This document shows, in pieces, positions 19,188 through 27,040 of a stretch of 49,509 nucleotides of DNA (positions are counted from its first letter, which is position 1; each line of letters begins with the position of its first letter). The translations under genes were made by a program, and so were the position numbers. Location: assembly GCA_014382605.1 (NCBI GenBank), contig JACNJM010000171.1, positions 1-49,509 of the forward strand, written 5' to 3'. The DNA is from Anaerolineae bacterium (GTDB taxonomy: Bacteria; Chloroflexota; Anaerolineae; Anaerolineales; UBA11858). The notes under the pieces were generated by a model. The model was given only the letters and a program-made list of their open reading frames with translations, ran no database searches and was not told the DNA's origin.

Positions 19188-20246
19188 TCAGGGAACTCCC
19201 ACGGCTTGCTGAAGCACCGCCCGGATAGCAGCTTCTTGCGGCAGCAATACCATGGCTCCGCCGGGCGTTGTCCACGGGATAACTTGCCCCGGTCCGATAT
19301 AGTATTGTTGGATTGTGTCGGGATTGCCAATTTCTGCGGCCAGTGGTACCAGAGGGGCCAGGTTGACCCAGCGCAGATCTGAACTTACATTTTTATGATA
19401 AATATCGTAGAGTTCATCAGCTTTTTGCAGCCCGTCCAGGCTTAACATGCGCCGCGCGATTGCCGAAATCACCTCTTGTTGGCGGCGGGTGCGGTCAAAG
19501 TCGCTGGTGGTATAACGCGAGCGCGCGTACCACAGAGCGGTTGAGCCATCCATGTGAACGGTGCCCGCTTTCACTGTGTAATATCCAAACGCGGTGCGGT
19601 GGTCGCTGAGTGTTTGCCCTACCTGCACGTCAATCCCGCCCAAGCTATCTATGGTCTGGATGAAAGCATCCAGACCGATCAGAATATAATGATCTACACT
19701 GACGTCGAAATTATATTCCAGTGTTTCAGCCAGGGTCGCAAAGCCGCCATAGTACATGGCGGTGTTAATGCGCTGATACACCCATCCTGGAATATAGACG
19801 TACAAATCGCGCGGGAATGAGGTCATGCTGACTTTTTTTGTGCGCGTATTAATGCTGAGCAATATGATTGTGTCGGTACGAAAACCGATTTCTCCAGGAC
19901 GCTGATCCGAACCGAGCAGGAGAATATTTACTTGCTCTTGTGAATAGTCGATTTCATCGGATGAGGGAAAATCTTTGGTGGGCCGCGGGGTGGGAGGTGG
20001 TTCAGGTGTCGCCGTGGGGATAGGGGTGGGGAATGCGGTGGGAATGTACGTAGGGGTGGGAGGCACCGGCATAAAGGGGGTGGGAGTCGCACTGGCATCG
20101 GGCGCGATGGTTGCCAGCGAGGTAGCACTTCCTTGGGGAGTAGTTTGTGCTAGTCCCCGCGCGCCCACACCGATTAAGCCCGTTGAGCAGCCCACCAATA
20201 GTAGCGCGAAGATAAGAATCCGAAGAAAATGTTTTAAATAGACCAT
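19188..20246 (-). CDS. LytR-CpsA-Psr (LCP) family cell-wall glycopolymer transferase
   Basis: N-terminal signal/lipobox LLLVGCS, a Pro/Thr-rich linker, then the LCP core NILLLGSDQRPGE...RTDTIILLSIN...MTSFPRDLYVYIPG...INTA. Confidence 0.85.
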   Translation of the reverse strand: MVYLKHFLRILIFALLLVGCSTGLIGVGARGLAQTTPQGSATSLATIAPDASATPTPFMPVPPTPTYIPTAFPTPIPTATPEPPPTPRPTKDFPSSDEIDYSQEQVNILLLGSDQRPGEIGFRTDTIILLSINTRTKKVSMTSFPRDLYVYIPGWVYQRINTAMYYGGFATLAETLEYNFDVSVDHYILIGLDAFIQTIDSLGGIDVQVGQTLSDHRTAFGYYTVKAGTVHMDGSTALWYARSRYTTSDFDRTRRQQEVISAIARRMLSLDGLQKADELYDIYHKNVSSDLRWVNLAPLVPLAAEIGNPDTIQQYYIGPGQVIPWTTPGGAMVLLPQEAAIRAVLQQAVGVP

Positions 20247-20274
20247 ATTAACGGTGGGCTATCCCCCCAGAAAG

Positions 20275-21132
20275 TTACGGCCCGGGCGATGATGTGAGCG
20301 TTGGTACAGGGGTATTCGTTGCCGTCGGCGGCACGGTTGTTGGTGTGGGTGATGCTGTTGGCAGTGGTGACGCGCTGGCAGTGGGCGATGGTGGAGCTGT
20401 CGTATTGGTGGCTGTGGGTGGTACCGTGGTTGCTGTAGCCGTTGATATTTTTGTCGCAGTGGGTGGGGCTGCCGTTGCCGTGGGGGTTGGTGTAGCAGTG
20501 TTGGTGAGAGTGGCGATTGCGTAAGGCACCAAAAGTTGTTGGCCCGCGTAGATGGTGCTTGTATTCAAACAATTCGCCTGCTGGAGTTGGGCTACTGTGA
20601 TGCCATGGGCGCTGGCAATTTTGAATAGGGTATCGCCTGATTTCACCAGATAAGAAACCCAGCCATAGCGGGGGGTGCATACGAGTGGAATAATTGGCGT
20701 GACTATCTTGGTGGGGGTTTTGGTTGCGGGGATGGGCGGTACGTAGAGTTTTGCGCCGCCGGGCAGACTCTCGCCGAGCAGGCAATTGGCCTCCGATAAT
20801 TCTTGTGTTGATGTATGATAGGTTTCAGCCAAACTCTCTAGCGTTTCGCCCGCGCCGATAGTAATTTGATTCCATCCATTGGGGGCCGGGCAAGTTGTAG
20901 GGGGAATGATGGTAGGTGTATTTGTAGGCAGCGGTGTAACGGAAGGGGTATAAGTAGGTTCACCGGGCAGTGTGGTGGGCAATGGGGTTGCCGTTGCGGT
21001 TGACGTTGATGTATTGTTCAGCGCGGTTGCTACATCTCCCTCGCTGATCGATAAAACCAGGCTGCCACCCAGAATGAAGGTAGAAAAAAATGCTGTCAAC
21101 AGGCCTGCAATCAGTTCACGCCCCAGGCTCAT
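20275..21132 (-). CDS. Secreted/anchored protein with two LysM domains and Pro/Thr-rich low-complexity regions
   Basis: Two LysM-like units (ITIGAGETLESLAETYHTSTQELSEANCL and YLVKSGDTLFKIASAHGITVAQLQQANCL). The N-terminal TM is ELIAGLLTAFFSTFILGG, and the C-terminal tail is long and PT-rich. ATG 21132 overlaps the upstream gene's stop (ATGA), so it is preferred over the listed 21222. Confidence 0.8.
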   Translation of the reverse strand: MSLGRELIAGLLTAFFSTFILGGSLVLSISEGDVATALNNTSTSTATATPLPTTLPGEPTYTPSVTPLPTNTPTIIPPTTCPAPNGWNQITIGAGETLESLAETYHTSTQELSEANCLLGESLPGGAKLYVPPIPATKTPTKIVTPIIPLVCTPRYGWVSYLVKSGDTLFKIASAHGITVAQLQQANCLNTSTIYAGQQLLVPYAIATLTNTATPTPTATAAPPTATKISTATATTVPPTATNTTAPPSPTASASPLPTASPTPTTVPPTATNTPVPTLTSSPGP

Positions 21133-23546
21133 TTTGCACGCTCTCGGGGTCGTGGAGTTCCGTTTGAGAGGGGCAGTAAAACATTGAACGCAGAGCCTGT
21201 GCCGATTTCGGTATCGACCCAAATGCGGCCCTGGTGGGCTTCGACTAGCGTTTTTGCAATCGATAGGCCTACACCGGTATCGCCAATTCCTTCGATCCCA
21301 GGATTGTCGGTGCGATACAGGCGCGAAAAGACCCGCGGTAAATCTTCTTTGGGGATGCCGCCGCCCTGGTCGGCGATTTGGATTAAGATGAAATCTTGAG
21401 CGCTATTCGAGGCCTGAATTTCAGCTCGCAGGAAAATTTCTCCTTCAGCCGGAGAAACCATCCCGGCATTTTGCAGCAAGTGGATGAGAATTTGCTGCAA
21501 GGCATCCCGATCGGCATGAACGTGTGGCATCGGGTCGGGCAGGTCAACGCGTAAGCTAATTCTCTTTTCGCGCAGTTGCTGGCGTGTATCAGCGATAGCT
21601 TTGTCGATTGCATGGCCGAGATTCACAGCTTCCGGATTGAGTTTATATTGCTCTCCATCGAGTATTGTTACTCGCGTTAGATCATCCAGCAGGACCGCCA
21701 TGCGCTCCGTTGAGACCTGAATGCGCTCGACAAATTTGCGTTGCAATGCACCCAGAATGCCGATTGATTCACCCATCAGCAAATCGGTATACCCAACGAT
21801 GGATGACATCGGTTGGCGTAAATCTTGTGCGATGGATGAAAAAACTTCGCTTTGCATCTCTGTCATGCCGCTGGCCTGTTTTGGGCGTTCCTCCGTCGAT
21901 AAATCTTGTTGGAAACCATGTTTTTCCATTTCCACGATATGGTTTTTTAGCCGTGAAATTTCCTCCAGGGATTGCTTGAGCTCCCGTTTGAGTTGCCCAG
22001 ATGTGGTCAACTCATGTGTGTCGGCATCGCTAATCAGACTTTCAACCATTTCGCCCAGCCGCCGGTTCTCAACTTGTAGCCGGGCAATCGTATCTTCGGC
22101 TTTCTTTAAACGATCAGGTTGTTTTTCTTCCTTTTGGATTCTTGTGCTGGCTGCTTCAACAGCGATTTCTTGCGGGTGTGCGTTTAGTTCAATTTGCAAG
22201 GTTTCATTCTGCGCTTGCGCATTTTCCAAAAGCTTCTGGATGCTTGCCAGATTTTCCTGTGTTTTTTTTAGTTCATCGTGAAGCGACTGGTCTTGTTGTG
22301 TTTGTTGCAAGATCGGGGCCACGCCGCGGGCGATTTGCTCGAGATAATTCTGATCATCGCGACTCCAGCGCCGGTCGGAATGGGGTGAGAGCACAATAAG
22401 CCCCAGGGAGGTCTCCCCCTCCGGGGTGGGGACGAAACCAGCTAAAAGGTGGCCGGTGGTCCCCAGGCCGAGTTTATCTCCGAGGCTGGACAAATCTTGC
22501 GAAGTGCTGCTGGCCGGTAACCGTAATGGGCGGCACTTGTTCATCGCAGCCGTCAATAGGGGAAGCTGATCTGAGTTGAGCGCCATCCCCGGTAAAACTT
22601 GTTGTTGGATAAGATCGTAGCCGCACAAAATGGTCACTTGCCCACGCGAGTCGGGTGGGTAAATAATGAGACAAATATCTGCCAGCATTGTTTCGGCAAT
22701 CGCCCGGGTGATTGCCTGACACCGTTTGGGTAATGGCGCATTATCCATCATCGCCAGAATCAGACTAAATCGGGCCGGGTCAATACCGTAACGCGGCCGT
22801 TCTTGGAATGTCGGCCAGGCAGCGATCTGTTTCGGTGCCTCTGTCAGGGAGATAAGGCCATCCTGAGGAGGGCGCGCAAAGCGCCGTGGCAACGTGAAGA
22901 GCAGCGGATAGGCTGCCATTTGAGCCAGACGCACAAACCCGGGGAAATCGCTCTCGGTGAGCGGGGTGGTGAGATGAAGGCCGTGACCAATCGCACTGAT
23001 GAGCAACATGCTCAATCCATACGGCCAGCCATTTGGACGGCGAATGAGTAATAAGGCTATGCCGAAAAGAATCAGCACCAGCGCATAGAGTTCCCAGCCC
23101 GCATCCAGCCATAGAACATTAAAGGTCGAAGTCGTATAGTGATCTGCCCACCATACCATGCCCAGTGCTGCGGCAATTATGGTTAGTGCGCCGAATAACC
23201 CACTGGCAACATCGGCCAGGCGCACAGGTTCAGGAAAAACCCACAGCCAAAGAATGATGAGCAAACCCAGCAATGTGGCCGCGCGGTCGAGCATGGGTAA
23301 GATAATGTGGGGGTTTGCCAATCCCTGATGCGTAAGCCCCGCGCTGATGAATAACACAAAGCGAATTCCAAGCAACAGCCCCAGCCCAATTACCGTCCGG
23401 CGGCCTTGTGGAAATTGGGTATCACGCCAGGTTGACAGGGCGGTTTGCAACGCTCCGGCTATTGAGAATGCCAAAGCCATGTGATAAATCAAATTGCCGG
23501 GGTAAGTCGTTAATGTAGTTAAAATTTGTTGTATAGTTGTGCCCAT
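21129..23546 (-). CDS. Membrane histidine-kinase-like protein (multi-TM, GAF, long coiled coil, degenerate HisKA, intact HATPase_c)
   Basis: HATPase motifs LLQNAG, DQGGGI and GDTGVGLSIAK are present. The H-box reads SSIAQDLRQPM, with Gln in place of the phospho-acceptor His. ATG 23546 (GAGGG 8 nt upstream, TATAAT at 23573-23568) is preferred over the listed GTG 23603. Confidence 0.8.
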   Translation of the reverse strand: MGTTIQQILTTLTTYPGNLIYHMALAFSIAGALQTALSTWRDTQFPQGRRTVIGLGLLLGIRFVLFISAGLTHQGLANPHIILPMLDRAATLLGLLIILWLWVFPEPVRLADVASGLFGALTIIAAALGMVWWADHYTTSTFNVLWLDAGWELYALVLILFGIALLLIRRPNGWPYGLSMLLISAIGHGLHLTTPLTESDFPGFVRLAQMAAYPLLFTLPRRFARPPQDGLISLTEAPKQIAAWPTFQERPRYGIDPARFSLILAMMDNAPLPKRCQAITRAIAETMLADICLIIYPPDSRGQVTILCGYDLIQQQVLPGMALNSDQLPLLTAAMNKCRPLRLPASSTSQDLSSLGDKLGLGTTGHLLAGFVPTPEGETSLGLIVLSPHSDRRWSRDDQNYLEQIARGVAPILQQTQQDQSLHDELKKTQENLASIQKLLENAQAQNETLQIELNAHPQEIAVEAASTRIQKEEKQPDRLKKAEDTIARLQVENRRLGEMVESLISDADTHELTTSGQLKRELKQSLEEISRLKNHIVEMEKHGFQQDLSTEERPKQASGMTEMQSEVFSSIAQDLRQPMSSIVGYTDLLMGESIGILGALQRKFVERIQVSTERMAVLLDDLTRVTILDGEQYKLNPEAVNLGHAIDKAIADTRQQLREKRISLRVDLPDPMPHVHADRDALQQILIHLLQNAGMVSPAEGEIFLRAEIQASNSAQDFILIQIADQGGGIPKEDLPRVFSRLYRTDNPGIEGIGDTGVGLSIAKTLVEAHQGRIWVDTEIGTGSAFNVLLPLSNGTPRPRERAK

Positions 23547-23640
23547 ATCAAATGCCCTCGCCCAGAAATTATAGCACGCTAAGCCTAAAAAAAGTCCATA
23601 CACAACTGCGCTTCAGTAACGCATAAGAGTAACAAGATTT

Positions 23641-23665
23641 GTAACTGCTCAGGCTAAGCAGTCGC
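23641..23665. mobile_element. Minimal MITE-family copy C (two fused TIRs only)
   Basis: GTAACTGCTCAGGCTAAGCAGTCGC equals a left TIR overlapping a right TIR. It is flanked by CAAGATTT (23633-23640) and CAAAATTT (23666-23673), a 7/8 direct repeat. Confidence 0.4.
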
Positions 23666-23738
23666 CAAAATTTTCGCTGCTTTCAATAGCGAAGTAGGGT
23701 TTCTCACAGCAGATCCCAAAGAGCCAATTTTAATTCCG

Positions 23739-23766
23739 TTGACAAAACGCTGAAACGGAGTAAAAT
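23739..23766 (+). promoter_or_regulatory. Promoter of tRNA-Leu
   Basis: TTGACA (23739-23744), a 16-nt spacer, then TAAAAT (23761-23766). The mature tRNA 5' end is 14 nt downstream. Confidence 0.55.
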
Positions 23767-23780
23767 AGCGCCTGTGATAA

Positions 23781-23864
23781 GCCGAAGTGGCGGAATAGGC
23801 AGACGCGCTACGTTCAGGGCGTAGTTCCCGTACGGGAGTGTGGGTTCGACTCCCACCTTCGGCA
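23781..23864 (+). tRNA. tRNA-Leu, anticodon CAG (class II, long variable arm)
   Basis: Folded by hand. Acceptor GCCGAAG/CTTCGGC plus discriminator A; D arm GCG..CGC. Anticodon stem CTACG/CGTAG with loop TTCAGGG (anticodon CAG). Variable arm has the CCCG-TA-CGGG stem. T arm GTGGG-TTCGACT-CCCAC. CCA is not encoded. Confidence 0.93.
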
Positions 23865-23865
23865 C

Positions 23866-23898
23866 AAGCTCTTGATTGCAAAATCAAGAGCTTTTTTG
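23866..23898 (+). terminator. Intrinsic terminator after tRNA-Leu
   Basis: AAGCTCTTGATT-GCAA-AATCAAGAGCTT followed by TTTTT. Confidence 0.75.
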
Positions 23899-23976
23899 TT
23901 ATGTTTTTCGCGCGCAAAAGGGCGAGTCAGGGTATCATTTGTCTCTCGCTTTACTGAGATCAATTGGAGTAGCACT

Positions 23977-25173
23977 GTGTTCACACCCGAAAAAATCAAC
24001 GCGTGGCTCAAAGAAGTTGAAGAACGCCCAGGCTCCGCTCAAGTCATTATTCAATATATTGCCAACCGCTTGAACGACCTGAGCGAATGGAATGAAAAAT
24101 TGCACGCCGAGAATATCGCCCTGCGCACGGGCAAGAAGGTAGCGGGTTACGAACGCCAGATTGCCCACCTGCAATATCAGCTTGATTTGATCAAACGCCA
24201 ATATGGCGGACAGTTGCCAGCCACCGAGCAGATTGAAATACCCAACGCGCCAGATGAAACTCAACGATTATGCGTGTTGATTTACACCCGCGATGGGCGT
24301 TTGCTGCGTCTCGAAGTTGCTCCTGCTGATTTGGCAGATGGGCGCACAATTGGAATTTTGAGTGGGTTGCCATTTCCCGATGAATCGCCGCGTCTTTTAG
24401 TGATTCCAGCCAATGAAGAACTGCTTTTGGTGTTTGCATCAGGCCGTATTGCAGCGCTGCCGGTTTCGAGTGTGCCCGTTCAGGCTGTGAGCGCGGATGC
24501 CCCCCTGGAATGGGATGAAATCCCCATTCCCAATCCTCCTGTGGCGGGAGATACCCTGTCATCCCTGACCCCTATTTCCAGGCTGGCGCTGGCCGACTAT
24601 TTTGTCCAGTTTAGCCAGCGCGGGTTTATCAAGAAAATTCGCATGGCGTTAGCGCCCTCTATTATGGAAAATCGCTACATTGGCACAGGCGCGAATATTT
24701 CACACGACCGCCCCTTTGATCTGGCCCTGTGCAGCAAAGCTGAACGCTATGTATTGGTCAGCAGAGATGGCTATTTGCGCTACACTCCGGTTGACGCATC
24801 GCCTTACGCCATTGTTGAAGCGATTCGCCTCAAATCTGCCGACCGCCTGGCTGCAACCGTTGCCATGTCGCAAGAGAAGATATTATTGGTGATGACACAG
24901 ATTGGCAAGGTAATTCAGCACACAGAAGATACCCTGGAATTGGTCGCGGATCTGGGGCGCGTGGGTAAGGCGCTCTACTCGAAAGCGCGCCGCGAAGCCG
25001 GAGTGCGCGTGGTTGGAGCCGCCGCGGTGGCAGAATCCGATTGGGGTCTGGCAATCCACACCGGGGGTCAGATCAGCGTCCACGCCGTTTCACAGATCCT
25101 CGCCAGTGGCACCATCCCCGTTGAGGGGGAGCTGCTATCCTTCACCGCTTTTTCCACACAAGGCAACCCATGA
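23977..25173 (+). CDS. Hypothetical protein: N-terminal coiled coil plus six beta-strand repeats resembling GyrA/ParC C-terminal beta-pinwheel blades
   Basis: The listed start 23872 lies inside the tRNA terminator. GTG 23977 has GGAG 7 nt upstream. There is a heptad-rich helix LNDLSEWNEKLHAENIALRTGKKVAGYERQIAHLQYQLDLIKRQYG. Six repeats follow: CVLIYTRDGRLLRL, LLLVFASGRIAALPV, YFVQFSQRGFIKKI, YVLVSRDGYLRYT, ILLVMTQIGKVIQH, WGLAIHTGGQISVH. The stop overlaps the next gene's start (ATGA). Confidence 0.6.
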   Translation: MFTPEKINAWLKEVEERPGSAQVIIQYIANRLNDLSEWNEKLHAENIALRTGKKVAGYERQIAHLQYQLDLIKRQYGGQLPATEQIEIPNAPDETQRLCVLIYTRDGRLLRLEVAPADLADGRTIGILSGLPFPDESPRLLVIPANEELLLVFASGRIAALPVSSVPVQAVSADAPLEWDEIPIPNPPVAGDTLSSLTPISRLALADYFVQFSQRGFIKKIRMALAPSIMENRYIGTGANISHDRPFDLALCSKAERYVLVSRDGYLRYTPVDASPYAIVEAIRLKSADRLAATVAMSQEKILLVMTQIGKVIQHTEDTLELVADLGRVGKALYSKARREAGVRVVGAAAVAESDWGLAIHTGGQISVHAVSQILASGTIPVEGELLSFTAFSTQGNP

Positions 25174-26519
25174 GCCTGAAAATCGGACTCGACTTTGGTA
25201 CATCCAACTCTGGCGTTGCCATCAGCGACGGCAATGGCGTGCATTTGTTGCCGATTGACCCAGACAATTCCATTCCCGAAGTGGTTAAAACCATCTTGTA
25301 TGTCACGCGGGATCACCGAACCTATATTGGTCAGGAAGCGATTGAGTTATATTACCAGCATAATGTCAACCGCGTGCGGCGTTACGAGCGCAGGTGGGCT
25401 GGGGCGCTGCGTGTGATTGCCTCTGAAGTGGATTATTTGCACGATGTTTTCGTGAGTGTGGACGTGCTCAAACCGGGCCGCCTGATGCAATATTTAAAAA
25501 CCGCCTTGCGTAAAAGCGGTGGGGTCAGTGATATGGCGGGTACGCTGATTTTCGAGCGCTATTTTAGCGTAGGGGAGTTGATTCAATTCTATTTGGGCCA
25601 TCTCAAGCGCAGAGCGGAAGCAATTTTGGGCGAAACAATTACCGGCGTGACCCTGGGCCGCCCGGTGAAATTTTCTGAAAATCCTGATTTGGACCGCCAG
25701 GCTGAGGATGTGCTGCGCCGGGCTGCTTATGATGCCGGTTTTGAGATTGTAGATTTCGAGCTGGAACCCATCGCCGCGGCGTTGTTTTATGAAAAGTCGC
25801 TGGATAAACCCGAAAATGTGCTGATCTTCGATTTTGGCGGCGGTACTCTTGATATCACAATGATGCGTCTCGGCGATAAGGGTAAGCGCCAGGTGTTTGC
25901 CAATGGCGGTATTGACATCGCCGGAGCCGACTTTGACCGGGCAATCATCGAGAAACGCCTGTTGCATCACTTTGGGCAGGGCCAAATTCAACACATGCCC
26001 GAAATTTCCGAGTTGATTGAAGCCGTTCCAGATTGGATGGCGCTACCCGATTTGAGTACTCCGGTGATCAATAATTACCTGGAAAAAGCTATCCAGCGTG
26101 GCATCGCTCCTGTGCGCATGAAGACGCTGCAATCTTTAATTTTCAACGACCTGGCTTTCCCTTTTTATAATCAGGTTGAGATGGCGAAAATGTCTCTCTC
26201 TGAAGAAAACGCCACGGTGATTGAACTGAACGGCAAAGATTTCAATCTGTGGGAATTATATACCCGCGTGCAATTTGAAGATGATATTGGGGAAGCCTAC
26301 CTGAAAATTGAGCAAGTTTTGCAAGATACGCTCGCGGCCTCGGGGTTGAATGCAGCGCAAATTGATGCCGTGGTTAAAACGGGGGGATCATCGAATATTC
26401 CCGCGTTTTCCGGGATGTTGGCGCGTATCTTTGGGAAAGAAAAAATTAAGCAAGCAAATGTTTTCAGCAGTGTGACGGCGGGGTTGGCGATCCGCGCACA
26501 GGAAGATGCTCGAAAATAA
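25170..26519 (+). CDS. Hsp70/actin-fold ATPase, nucleotide-binding-domain only (YegD-like)
   Basis: Phosphate-1 IGLDFGTSNSGVA, phosphate-2 LIFDFGGGTLDITMM, and adenosine motif VVKTGGSSNIP...SSVTAGLA. At 449 aa it has no substrate-binding domain, the same architecture as E. coli YegD. Confidence 0.85.
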   Translation: MSLKIGLDFGTSNSGVAISDGNGVHLLPIDPDNSIPEVVKTILYVTRDHRTYIGQEAIELYYQHNVNRVRRYERRWAGALRVIASEVDYLHDVFVSVDVLKPGRLMQYLKTALRKSGGVSDMAGTLIFERYFSVGELIQFYLGHLKRRAEAILGETITGVTLGRPVKFSENPDLDRQAEDVLRRAAYDAGFEIVDFELEPIAAALFYEKSLDKPENVLIFDFGGGTLDITMMRLGDKGKRQVFANGGIDIAGADFDRAIIEKRLLHHFGQGQIQHMPEISELIEAVPDWMALPDLSTPVINNYLEKAIQRGIAPVRMKTLQSLIFNDLAFPFYNQVEMAKMSLSEENATVIELNGKDFNLWELYTRVQFEDDIGEAYLKIEQVLQDTLAASGLNAAQIDAVVKTGGSSNIPAFSGMLARIFGKEKIKQANVFSSVTAGLAIRAQEDARK

Positions 26520-26553
26520 AAATGTATCGGTTAAAGCAACCGATACATTTTTA
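26517..26553. terminator. Bidirectional intrinsic terminator shared by the Hsp70-like gene and tmRNA
   Basis: AAAA-AATGTATCGGTT-AAAGC-AACCGATACATT-TTTT: a 12-bp perfect stem with an A-tract upstream and a T-tract downstream. Confidence 0.7.
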
Positions 26554-26559
26554 TTGGAG

Positions 26560-26959
26560 TGGAGATGGCGGGAATCGAACCCGCGTCCGAAAGATTAGAA
26601 CCTCGAACATCTACGAGCGTAGTCACATGTTTCTGATCGTTGAGTGGCCTACAGGTGACCAAAGCTCCAACTCAACCAGCCATTGGAACCCGAAAGTTCC
26701 GCTTGGGCGTACTTAATGGCGTCGTACGCGGCACTCTGGCTTTTGTGTCGTCCAGCCTGCCCCCGGCCAGAGGGCGGTGATCGGTGGACGTGACCCGTTG
26801 GGTCAGTTTGCGCTCAGGCGCTCACTGCATTAGGCAGCGAGAGGAAGAGCAGCATAGTCAGTGCGATTGGCACTTAAGGGTTTGCGCTGAGTTTTCGAGT
26901 TCGGCGCCTCTCGGCTCGCAGTCCGGGCACAGCCTCCTCCGTCGAAGCCTGTCATCCCC
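26560..26959 (-). ncRNA. ssrA: tmRNA (transfer-messenger RNA)
   Basis: The reverse complement starts GGGGATGACAGGCTTCGACGG and ends GCGGGTTCGATTCCCGCCATCTCCA. The acceptor stem has a G3-U70 pair, and the T arm is GCGGG-TTCGATT-CCCGC. Tag ORF GCC AAT CGC ACT GAC TAT GCT GCT CTT CCT CTC GCT GCC TAA (26871..26830) encodes ANRTDYAALPLAA. CCA is not encoded. Confidence 0.9.
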
Positions 26960-26970
26960 GAGTTGCGACC

Positions 26971-26979
26971 ATTATAACA
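26971..26979 (-). promoter_or_regulatory. Extended -10 promoter element for tmRNA
   Basis: The minus strand reads TGTTATAAT (TGnTATAAT), ending 11 nt upstream of the mature 5' G. No good -35 element is present. Confidence 0.4.
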
Positions 26980-27040
26980 TGGGATGAAATATAAGGGCGC
27001 ATGATATACTTCACCATAATCCATATTTAACCTTGAAATA

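Noticed and set aside
18030-21132. GH-like plus LysM genes as a prophage lysis cassette.
   Set aside because: There are no holin, portal, terminase, capsid or integrase genes. The genes are co-operonic with an LCP ligase and a sensor-kinase-like protein, which indicates host envelope function.
23654-24011. ORFs 23654..23917 (-) and 23814..24011 (-), and the 23872 start of the 433-aa ORF.
   Set aside because: They overlap tRNA-Leu and its terminator hairpin. The real CDS most plausibly starts at GTG 23977, which has a GGAG RBS.
23864-26560. The Hsp70-like module as an integrated genomic island at tRNA-Leu or tmRNA.
   Set aside because: There is no integrase, and I found no direct repeat of the tRNA or tmRNA 3' end. 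Composition looks like the surrounding core DNA. The location is noted but the island hypothesis is unsupported.
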